Virus record (IMG/VR): IMGVR_UViG_3300023199_000051
Span: 1 to 64,000 of that record
Strand: one strand, 5' to 3'
Origin: a virus
Length of the DNA: 64,000 nucleotides
Shown here: positions 54,162-62,038 of the stretch, piece by piece
Layout: every line of letters starts with the position of its first letter
Position numbering within the stretch: the first letter of the stretch is position 1
Made by a program: the position numbers and the translations under genes
The notes under the pieces: generated by a model
Databases searched by the model: none
What the model saw: the letters and a program-made list of their open reading frames with translations, nothing else
Told to the model about the DNA's origin: nothing

Positions 54162-54761
54162 CTACTGCTTGCCGGTTGCCGCGACTTCCTGCCGGAGCTT
54201 GACTGACCTGGGATCGAAGCGCAGCTCGACCCGCTGCCCTTCACGGCTGATGGGTAGGTCGATACCAGCGTGAATCACCCAGGCCTTGACGAACTCCAGC
54301 AGCTCACCGGCTGGAGCGTGCAGACCAGGACCGCAGTGGTCTTCGCTGTCCTCTGCGCTGTGAGGGGGGATTGGGAGATGGAAGGCGCCCCTGGCCCCCT
54401 CGAAGCGCCAGTTGACGTTCCACCTACGGAGGGCCTCCTCCGCGGTCCACGCCCACGCCATGTCGAGGTACACGACGGTGGGGAAGATGATCGCGTCGAC
54501 TGCGTCCGAGACATCCCGCACGCAGGTCCATACGCGCGCGTTCCGGCCATCGGACACGCTGATGGGTTGCCACCCGTGAGCGAGCACGTCCTCCAAGCTC
54601 CGGTAAGCTGGACCCCCCCAGCTCGTGCCGGCCGGTGTGATGAAGCTCGCCTTGAGCGGTGGTGGGGAGTTTGGCGTCGCGAGGGGGCGTCTGTGCGGCA
54701 CCTCAAACTCGGCCACGGCGAAGTAGCAACCACGCAGGGGTGGCTTGTGCTGCTGTCTCAC
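54162..54761 (-). CDS. Hypothetical protein
   Basis: GTGA-coupled to the macrodomain gene. Confidence 0.5.
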   Translation of the reverse strand: MRQQHKPPLRGCYFAVAEFEVPHRRPLATPNSPPPLKASFITPAGTSWGGPAYRSLEDVLAHGWQPISVSDGRNARVWTCVRDVSDAVDAIIFPTVVYLDMAWAWTAEEALRRWNVNWRFEGARGAFHLPIPPHSAEDSEDHCGPGLHAPAGELLEFVKAWVIHAGIDLPISREGQRVELRFDPRSVKLRQEVAATGKQ

Positions 54762-55465
54762 TGACGTACTCCGATTCCTAGTGGGTCATCTTCTCTGAAC
54801 GGAGGCTTGCCCGTGCTGAGTACACCTGATCCGCTGCACACAGTGCATGGCACGATTGTGTAAGCAGGGGGGCTGATCGTGTCGTCGTGCGCCTCCCCCA
54901 TCCCTGCACACTCTGGGCAGGTGACACCCTCGACGTCGGCATGCCTCACCACGAGTGTGATCCGGGCCTCTCGATCCCCGAGTGCCCAGAGGTGGGGCAG
55001 GATGTCTTCGGGGGCCAGGCCGCCATTGCCGCACCCCACGAGCGGCATCAACACGCGCCCGCGCCGCAGCTGTGGGATCAGAGTCAGCAGCTCTTCGCAG
55101 GACTGCTCGATGCGCTCCAACGTGCTTGGCCCTCTCCATGACATCCAGGGCTGCTTGGCGTTCATCGGCTTGGTCGGGAAGAGGATGAACCGCCAGTCGG
55201 GATGGGCCAGTGTCGGGATCTCGGCTCCATGCTCAGCGCAGAGGCGTCCGTACCAGGCGGGCAGTGGCGCGCACAGTCGGTGGGCTTGCTTTGCGAGGCC
55301 GCGCCCCATGACCGCTGTGCGGTCCTGCTTCCACCCGATGTTGGTCGGGATGACGACCCAGTCCCGCGTGCGGCGGTGATCCCAGATGTCCCCGAACAGG
55401 ACACGCTTTCGAGTTCTTGGCATTGGGCTTCCGGTGGTGCGAAGTGCTGTGGACATCGGGTCCAT
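54758..55465 (-). CDS. DarG-like macrodomain (ADP-ribosylhydrolase) with C-terminal Zn finger
   Basis: GDIW, VIPTN, VMGRGLA.Q, FPTK..W...S.LE.I, MPLVGCGNGGL. Confidence 0.8.
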   Translation of the reverse strand: MDPMSTALRTTGSPMPRTRKRVLFGDIWDHRRTRDWVVIPTNIGWKQDRTAVMGRGLAKQAHRLCAPLPAWYGRLCAEHGAEIPTLAHPDWRFILFPTKPMNAKQPWMSWRGPSTLERIEQSCEELLTLIPQLRRGRVLMPLVGCGNGGLAPEDILPHLWALGDREARITLVVRHADVEGVTCPECAGMGEAHDDTISPPAYTIVPCTVCSGSGVLSTGKPPFREDDPLGIGVRQ

Positions 55466-55504
55466 AACACCTGTTGCACATCATGCACAGGTCACGCACT
55501 CATG

Positions 55505-57127
55505 TCAAGGGGCATCCACTGTGCTGAAGCTGAGAGCCCCCAGCGAGAAGAATGTCGTGTCCCCGAGGCGAGGATTGACCCGTCCATTGGCTTCGATGCG
55601 AACGCTTCCAACCGTGGTGGGTGCCCCGCCTGTGATCACAGGCATGTCGACGTTCTTGGAGGGGCGGCACCCTGCCGGCAGGGTGAAGGCTGAAGATCCC
55701 AGCGCACCCCCCTTGATGGTGCCTCTCAGGTAGACAAAGCCCTGAGCGTCCTTGGCGTACTCTGCCTCGTACACGGCCACTCCCCCGTGGTCCTGCCAGC
55801 CATTCTCGAAGCCGAGCGTGTCCCCGACATCCAGCCACAGCAGACCAATTGAGGGAGAGCCGTTTCGGACCTGTGTGAGGTCTGCAGCCTGAGCTACGTT
55901 GTTCGCTCCGCCGTCAGCGCTCACGGCGTTGTTGGTGCCGAAGGCAGTCACCAGGTCCGAGTCTGGGCCCAGGCCCCCCTGCCAGCCATCCTCGGCCTCG
56001 ATCGCGTAGGTCGTGCCCACCTCGCCGTAGAGGTTCGGCAGTGCACCACCGCCATTGCTCCCTTCTCCGCGTGTGTTCATCTTGAACCCGGCACTCAAGG
56101 TGGAGTCGGGATCGAAGAGGAGCGAGTCGTATGCCCCGAGTGCCGCTGCGGCAGCCCAGCTCACGCCATCGAAGAGCTGGTCGTCTGTCATCTCGGTGAG
56201 CACGCACTGGCCTCGGTAGGTCCAGAAGCCGCCAGCCTCACCGCTGATGAATGCCCGCCCGGCTGTCGCGAAGCTGCCATCGAACACGGTGCCGCTGGCT
56301 ATGCGTAGGTTGCCCTTGCGTGTAACCACCGCCATTCCATCACTGGCGCTTCCTGAACACCGGACGTAGCACGTGGTGAGGAACATGGAGCCACCGAAGC
56401 CCCCCCGTACAAGGCTTGTGCGGACGGAGCAGCTCTCCAGGTCGATCTTGTCGCTGGCATTGATCGAGAACACCCGCTTTGCCGCCGGGTTGTCGATGAT
56501 CAGGTCCTTGAAGTTGAGCTGCACGCTGGTCTGGATGATGGTGCTGCCGTCGCTTGAGAGCGACAACGTGGCTCCCAAGGAGAGCAGGTCGATGGTGTCG
56601 GCGGGCGCTGGTGCGAGCAGGGACGTGGACCCGAGCGTGCACCAGATGCGCGTGGTGCCCCCGCCCGTGGCCGTGTTCTTGTAGATCCATCCCCGGACAC
56701 CACTCGGTGCGCCAGATGTGTACTCGATGAGGGTGTCTTTGAGTCCATCCTCGGCCACGGAAAGCCCCGTGACGTCGAGGATGATGCCCCCTTCAGTGGT
56801 CGCAGCCACAACGGCATCGACCGTAGCTGTGTCGGTCACTGTCGGGGTCGGACCCTGCACGGTGATGTTGTTGAACTCACCGAGGACTCGGGGGATCGTG
56901 GCTTCCCCTTCTTGGATGTTGATGGTGACCGTGCTGCTGTTGGCCGTGCCGATGTCCAGCGCGGCTCGCATGATCGTCTCGTAGGGGTTGCTGGCTGAGC
57001 CATCTCCAGAGTCATCACTGCCCGTGTTCGGGTTGACGAACAGGTCAGTGCCAAGACTGGGATCGTTCTCCAGCGGCCGTGAGGTGCCGTCCACAGAGAC
57101 CTCTTGGTTGGGCCGAATCCACGCCAT
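55505..57127 (-). CDS. Spike/fibre protein with beta-helix and C-terminal receptor-binding-type domain
   Basis: LFVNPNTGSD..GDGS..NPY.TI N-cap; C-terminal FENGW...GFVYLRG...FTLPAG.RP. Confidence 0.75.
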   Translation of the reverse strand: MAWIRPNQEVSVDGTSRPLENDPSLGTDLFVNPNTGSDDSGDGSASNPYETIMRAALDIGTANSSTVTINIQEGEATIPRVLGEFNNITVQGPTPTVTDTATVDAVVAATTEGGIILDVTGLSVAEDGLKDTLIEYTSGAPSGVRGWIYKNTATGGGTTRIWCTLGSTSLLAPAPADTIDLLSLGATLSLSSDGSTIIQTSVQLNFKDLIIDNPAAKRVFSINASDKIDLESCSVRTSLVRGGFGGSMFLTTCYVRCSGSASDGMAVVTRKGNLRIASGTVFDGSFATAGRAFISGEAGGFWTYRGQCVLTEMTDDQLFDGVSWAAAAALGAYDSLLFDPDSTLSAGFKMNTRGEGSNGGGALPNLYGEVGTTYAIEAEDGWQGGLGPDSDLVTAFGTNNAVSADGGANNVAQAADLTQVRNGSPSIGLLWLDVGDTLGFENGWQDHGGVAVYEAEYAKDAQGFVYLRGTIKGGALGSSAFTLPAGCRPSKNVDMPVITGGAPTTVGSVRIEANGRVNPRLGDTTFFSLGALSFSTVDAP

Positions 57128-57130
57128 CGA

Positions 57131-57529
57131 TCACCACCCCGCTTTGATGTGGTACTGCGTGCTCACCACGTTGTCGGCTCCGGCGTTGGGCCTCGACTGG
57201 TGAAACAGCGACGTCGACGGCTGCCCGACTGCCGCAGCATCCTGGTCGAAGTAGGTGGCAGCTCCTGCGTTGTCGACGGTCTCCGCAGCCGTCTCGTTCT
57301 CCACAGCCACCGCTTCTGGGTTGTTGGCCGGGTCTGACTTCCAGCCCAAGATGGGATTGACCACGGCCGCTGTGCCGCTGTCAAGGATGCACACCTGGCG
57401 CCGGACCGTTCCTCGGATGGGCATGTTCGGAATCTCGACTTCCGTTGCAGCTCCGACGTTGTCTTCCTCGATGCTGACGAAGAACTCGCCAGGCCCGATC
57501 TGCCTTGCAGTGATCTGGGTGACCGCCAT
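57131..57529 (-). CDS. Beta-rich structural protein
   Basis: Strand-rich composition; in the structural run. Confidence 0.55.
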   Translation of the reverse strand: MAVTQITARQIGPGEFFVSIEEDNVGAATEVEIPNMPIRGTVRRQVCILDSGTAAVVNPILGWKSDPANNPEAVAVENETAAETVDNAGAATYFDQDAAAVGQPSTSLFHQSRPNAGADNVVSTQYHIKAGW

Positions 57530-57567
57530 GGCCCCTCCTCAGGATCTTGTGAGTCGGGAGCGCGCGG

Positions 57568-57936
57568 CTATCCGACCAGCACGCTCACTTTGAAGCCGCC
57601 CTCGTTGACCGGCACGTTGGAGAGGTCAACGGACACGTTGACGCTGTCTGCCGAGAAGATCGGGGCGTCTGCGGGCATCTGGTTGCCCAGGCTGTTCGAC
57701 CCTCCGTCGGTGCCTGCGACGATGGAGCCGTGTACGATGCTCGGCGTGCGGCCGAGGCCGTGTGCTCCGAGGATTGCTTCGCCGGATCCGCCGTTGCCGA
57801 CCGTACCCTCGACCACAGCGAAGCCTGTGCCTGCGAGGGCGGGGATGTCCGACGTCGCCGGGATCTTGCCGGTGCCTTCCCCCACAGGGAGGTCTTCGAT
57901 GGAATGCGAATGAGGTGGAATGGTGTTGTTGGGCAT
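57568..57936 (-). CDS. Small structural protein with PHSH..DLP.G.G N-terminus
   Basis: Motif shared with two other spike/fibre genes; HGLGRTP..V gp53-like segment. Confidence 0.6.
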   Translation of the reverse strand: MPNNTIPPHSHSIEDLPVGEGTGKIPATSDIPALAGTGFAVVEGTVGNGGSGEAILGAHGLGRTPSIVHGSIVAGTDGGSNSLGNQMPADAPIFSADSVNVSVDLSNVPVNEGGFKVSVLVG

Positions 57937-57945
57937 GGAAGCCTC

Positions 57946-58305
57946 CTACGCGGCGATGACACGAGAGTCGGACCGGACATCGAGCTTGACGCTGCCGTCG
58001 AAGCCGCCACCAGGGGTCAGCTGGAAGCGCACGAACTTCGGGATGGCACGCTGCAGCTCGATGTAGGCGATGCCGTTCGCGTTGATGGTGGTGGCGAACT
58101 CGGCGGGGAGATCGAACCAGGTGTTGTTGTCGATGGACCCTTGAGCCTGCACGATGACGGTGCCGGCTGTGCGTCCGGTGGTCGTGAGGACGCCGATGAG
58201 GCCACCTGCGGTGGTGTCCACCAAGGTGCCCACGGAGATGTCATCAATGACGTCAACGGTGGCGGAGTCACGCAAGGTGCGCCGAGAAGAGAGATTGACG
58301 AACAT
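57946..58305 (-). CDS. Single beta-sandwich structural protein
   Basis: VIVQAQGSIDNNTWFD...PKFVRFQL. Confidence 0.6.
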   Translation of the reverse strand: MFVNLSSRRTLRDSATVDVIDDISVGTLVDTTAGGLIGVLTTTGRTAGTVIVQAQGSIDNNTWFDLPAEFATTINANGIAYIELQRAIPKFVRFQLTPGGGFDGSVKLDVRSDSRVIAA

Positions 58306-58323
58306 GGTGAAGTGCTCCTGGAG

Positions 58324-58953
58324 CTAGATGAGGTCGAAGCTGCGGTCGAAGGTCCAGTGCGTACGGAGCTGACAAGTCAGCGTGCCTCCACCCGCATCTA
58401 GGCGGAGTCGCACCTTGTCGAGGACGGGGTCGGTGATCTGCAGGTTGAAGACGCCCGCTGCGCTGATGTTGTTCTGGCGCGTGTTGGTGTCGAGCCAGTC
58501 GGCCGAGCCGTCGTTGAAGCTCGTCACGTCTGCGGTGGCGCCGCTCGTACCGCCGGTGATGGTGTTGCCGACACCGAAGACGAGGCCCGGCGAGACGGTC
58601 GTGATGAACATGGTGCCCGCGCTGTCCGGGGGCCCGGAGACGATGGCTGTGGCACCCGTGGTGCCGTCGGTGATGGTCTCGCCGTCGACGAAGGTGCCAG
58701 AGACGTTGTTGAGGACGAGCAGGGGACCTGCACCCTCCACCGCTGTCTGCACGATGGCATCGAACTGATCACCGAAGCCGTCGACGGGGTGGTCTTCCAC
58801 TTCGAGGACGAAGCCGCCCGCACCGAACCCGCCGAATCCGCGCCCGGTGGCGAACAGCTTCGCGCCAGGCGTGACCTGCGCAGATAGGGCGTCTGCAGCA
58901 GGGATGACGGTGTCTGCTTCTGTCAGCCCTTGGGGCAAGCGATCGAAGGCCAT
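58324..58953 (-). CDS. Beta-sandwich structural protein with two inserted GTF..GETIT.G..GATA repeats
   Basis: Internal duplication; DWLD...KVRLRL resembles the neighbouring gene. Confidence 0.6.
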   Translation of the reverse strand: MAFDRLPQGLTEADTVIPAADALSAQVTPGAKLFATGRGFGGFGAGGFVLEVEDHPVDGFGDQFDAIVQTAVEGAGPLLVLNNVSGTFVDGETITDGTTGATAIVSGPPDSAGTMFITTVSPGLVFGVGNTITGGTSGATADVTSFNDGSADWLDTNTRQNNISAAGVFNLQITDPVLDKVRLRLDAGGGTLTCQLRTHWTFDRSFDLI

Positions 58954-59067
58954 GTGGAACGCTCCTGTTCTTGGCCCCCATGATAGCTCGACACGGCAAG
59001 CACTGCAAGCCGATTAGTACGGGTCTAAGTGGCTTATACAGGACTGTAGACTTCTAGTAGCCTCGGC

Positions 59068-60660
59068 TCATAGCGCAGGCACTGCGATGACGAACTGCAC
59101 ACCGAACGGCGCCCCGTCCCGCTCTGGCGTGATGGTGCGGAAGGTACCCGGCTCGGCATCTTCTGGCGCAAACTGCCGGAACCGAAGCTGGTTGACGGTC
59201 TTGTCCACCTTCCCATACCGGAAGTCGTGATCACTGAGCCAGTCCTTCGCCTTTTGGACGGACCACTCCCCGCGGTCGAAGCGGACAGACTGCACCTTGG
59301 TCGAGCCGTAGAAGCGGCCCGTCTCGGGATCCTGGACGCCCCGCTCGACGAGGTCTTCTTCCACCTCGTACGTGGCCAGGTTGTCCGCTGACAGGGTCTC
59401 CACTGATGCGTGCCGACGTCGGCCGCGACGTGCTCCGCGACGGGGTCGAGCGGCTTCATAGAGGTGCGCTGCGACGGCAGCACCCTCGGGGCTGTGGTGC
59501 AGTCTCCCCTTGTACTCGGAGGACCGCCTGCTGCAGACCCCTTGGCGGTCGATGTACTTGGGATCCGGGTTTCCTCGGCTGTGCTCCACCTGGAGGTAGG
59601 TCCCCGTCCGTGTCTTGCTGATGGTGTACCGCCGCCCGTCGGCATCGTACTTCCACTGCTTGAGCAAGCCTCCCTTCCGGGCGCCATAGGAAGGAGCCAC
59701 AGGCTCCCAGCTGCCGAGGCTTCCTACAGACCCGAGGTCGTGGGAGTTGACGACAGCTTCGTGCAGACGCGCTGCGTCCTGATCGCCCTGTTCGAGCGCC
59801 TTCCAGTACACCTCGACCAGCGGCACGTTGCGAGAGCCGCGCTCCCTCTTCGCTGCGTAGGCGAAGGACTTGGCCTCCTGCTCTACGCGCTCGGGTGAGG
59901 AGGCCCCGATGGCCAGCACCCAGGACTGCGCATCCTGCAGGGCCTCCACGAGATTCCCTGATCCCCAGGTCACCGCCTCCTCTCCGTGAGCATTCAGCTT
60001 CTTCGCGAGCTGCTTGGCTGCTCGGTACCCGAGTGCCTCGGATACGATCTGCCCAGTGGGGGAGACGACGATGTACAGGTTGCCATCCTCCTCGACTTGG
60101 TATGGGCCGCCCACACCCCGGACTTCCAGCTTCTCGACGCCAGGCGCGTACTCTGCGTCCTGTGTCGCGATGGCGCCGGCCTCCAGGTAGTCGAAGTCCG
60201 AGTCATCGGGCTCGAAGGCTTGCCAGTCGACCAGCTTCTCTGTGATGTGCGGCTCCTCACCCCGAAGCTCTTGACTTGCCACCGTGAACACATCCGCGAT
60301 CTGCTGCAGCGTCGACGCTGTCCCTTCACGTGCATCCTCTCGCCACCGGTCGACGCGCTGTCCGACGCGCTGCCGGAGAGTAGAATCCTTGGTCCGCAGG
60401 AACTCTGCGTGCCCCGTGCGGCCATAGGCTGCTGCAAGCACTGGACGCATCCGTGCTAGCGTCTCGTACGCTCCTGGCTGCCCCCCGAAGTTGTCTTCGA
60501 GCCATGTGAGAATGCCCTCACATCGATCAGCACCGTACTGCTTGATGCACTGGCGGAGCAGGGACGCTTGCCGATCGGCAGGCATGCGCAGGAAGCGCTT
60601 GCTGTGGATGGTCCTCCAGATGTTGGAGGGTTGGCGCGGGGTGAGGGTGCGCATGCTCAT
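59068..60660 (-). CDS. 530-aa multidomain hypothetical protein
   Basis: Modular; C-terminal VQSVRF...W....A..WL..H...VD.T...LRFRQ motif. Confidence 0.7.
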   Translation of the reverse strand: MSMRTLTPRQPSNIWRTIHSKRFLRMPADRQASLLRQCIKQYGADRCEGILTWLEDNFGGQPGAYETLARMRPVLAAAYGRTGHAEFLRTKDSTLRQRVGQRVDRWREDAREGTASTLQQIADVFTVASQELRGEEPHITEKLVDWQAFEPDDSDFDYLEAGAIATQDAEYAPGVEKLEVRGVGGPYQVEEDGNLYIVVSPTGQIVSEALGYRAAKQLAKKLNAHGEEAVTWGSGNLVEALQDAQSWVLAIGASSPERVEQEAKSFAYAAKRERGSRNVPLVEVYWKALEQGDQDAARLHEAVVNSHDLGSVGSLGSWEPVAPSYGARKGGLLKQWKYDADGRRYTISKTRTGTYLQVEHSRGNPDPKYIDRQGVCSRRSSEYKGRLHHSPEGAAVAAHLYEAARPRRGARRGRRRHASVETLSADNLATYEVEEDLVERGVQDPETGRFYGSTKVQSVRFDRGEWSVQKAKDWLSDHDFRYGKVDKTVNQLRFRQFAPEDAEPGTFRTITPERDGAPFGVQFVIAVPAL

Positions 60661-60696
60661 GGTGGTGCTCGCAGAGAGGTGGTGGTTGTCTACATC

Positions 60697-61773
60697 CTAA
60701 CCGGCATGCAGCACAGGTACGCGCGTGCTTGGTCCCGATGAGAATCCGAGATCGACGTAGACCAGCTCGCGGACGCCCGAGCTGCTCACACGGGCCATGA
60801 CGTTGTCGCTATGACCATCGGTGTACTCGATGCCCAGGTCGTACATGCAGTCGAGGGCCACCACCAGCGATGACACCTCAGTCCCCCCACGCCACGGAAT
60901 CAGGTAGTCGAGGATGCTACTCGGTGCGTCGTCCATGGCCTCCTCAACCAGCTCCTCGTACTCGTCTTGGGTCATGTCTCCACCTTCCACGTCGGCACGG
61001 CTGTCGTCCAGCGCCCACTCATCGACCCAGTCCTTCTCCCGCTTCGTCAGGGGTTCTAGCGGCTCCATGAGGATGGCATACAGCCCGGAGTCACTGAGGC
61101 CGTACACCGCGTAGATATGCACCACTCCCAGGCACTGTCCGGCCTGCATCACGGTGTGCGCATTGGCGGCTTCGGTCGGATCCCCTGTGATCTTGATTAC
61201 GTAGGGACGCCCCGCGAAGACGCACCCAAACATGCCGCACCCCTGCTGCCTCGGATCGAAACGGAAGCCCAGCTCCTGCAGCTCGAACAGGCCTCGCGCC
61301 GCCTTCTTCCTCCACGCCTTCGTCTCGCGCCGCACGGAGCCGGGCGGCTTCCTCTCACGGCCCTGGGGCGGCCTCGACCGGACGGTGCGTGTCTTGAGCT
61401 TCAGGCTCTCCACCTTTCGGCTCTCCATCCAGGCCCGTGCCTTGTCCTTGTGCTCACCCCTGGTGACAGTGGCCGTCACCTTCATAGCGGCCGCCACAGC
61501 TGCGGCGTCGTCGATCTGCCCGACCCCCGCCAGCCAGTCGGGGATGAGGTCGAGGGGCAGCACGACAGCGCCAAGGCCGGTCGCGATGGTTGCACGGGCC
61601 CACAGCGGTGTCTTGGGGTCCATCATCACGTAGTACAGCGCGACCATGTCGACGCCGAAGGGGACCTTGAGTCCTTGCCGCTTGATCCAGGGCCAGAACC
61701 GCTTCTTCACCTTGCGGATCAGCTTGCGGACCTTGCTCCTCTCCTGCGGTGTCATGTCGCGGTCAATGGCCAT
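60697..61773 (-). CDS. DUF1232 (YkvA-like) plus protein kinase fusion
   Basis: DPKTPLWA...PLDLIPDW..GVGQIDD; GCGMFG, KITGDPTEA, DGHSDN, VDLG. Confidence 0.8.
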   Translation of the reverse strand: MAIDRDMTPQERSKVRKLIRKVKKRFWPWIKRQGLKVPFGVDMVALYYVMMDPKTPLWARATIATGLGAVVLPLDLIPDWLAGVGQIDDAAAVAAAMKVTATVTRGEHKDKARAWMESRKVESLKLKTRTVRSRPPQGRERKPPGSVRRETKAWRKKAARGLFELQELGFRFDPRQQGCGMFGCVFAGRPYVIKITGDPTEAANAHTVMQAGQCLGVVHIYAVYGLSDSGLYAILMEPLEPLTKREKDWVDEWALDDSRADVEGGDMTQDEYEELVEEAMDDAPSSILDYLIPWRGGTEVSSLVVALDCMYDLGIEYTDGHSDNVMARVSSSGVRELVYVDLGFSSGPSTRVPVLHAG

Positions 61774-61775
61774 GC

Positions 61776-61994
61776 TCACCCTGCCTGCATCAGCGCGCCC
61801 ATGACGTCCCCCATCTCTGGGAGCCGCCCCTCGCTGTGTACGACCGTGAACAGCTGATCCATCACCGTGTAGGAGGGATCCCCCTCCGTGATGCGGTGCT
61901 CGGTGACCCCTTCTGAAGACTGCAGGAACAGGGCGAGGCAGCCCTGTTCTCTTCGGATCCGTACTGTGACCTCTTGTACCTCTTCCACTCTCAT
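61776..61994 (-). CDS. Small hypothetical protein
   Basis: AGGGG RBS before ATG 61994. Confidence 0.45.
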   Translation of the reverse strand: MRVEEVQEVTVRIRREQGCLALFLQSSEGVTEHRITEGDPSYTVMDQLFTVVHSEGRLPEMGDVMGALMQAG

Positions 61995-62038
61995 CCCCCT
62001 TGATCCGCCTGCCCGAACCGGGCAGATCTCCGCCCCAT

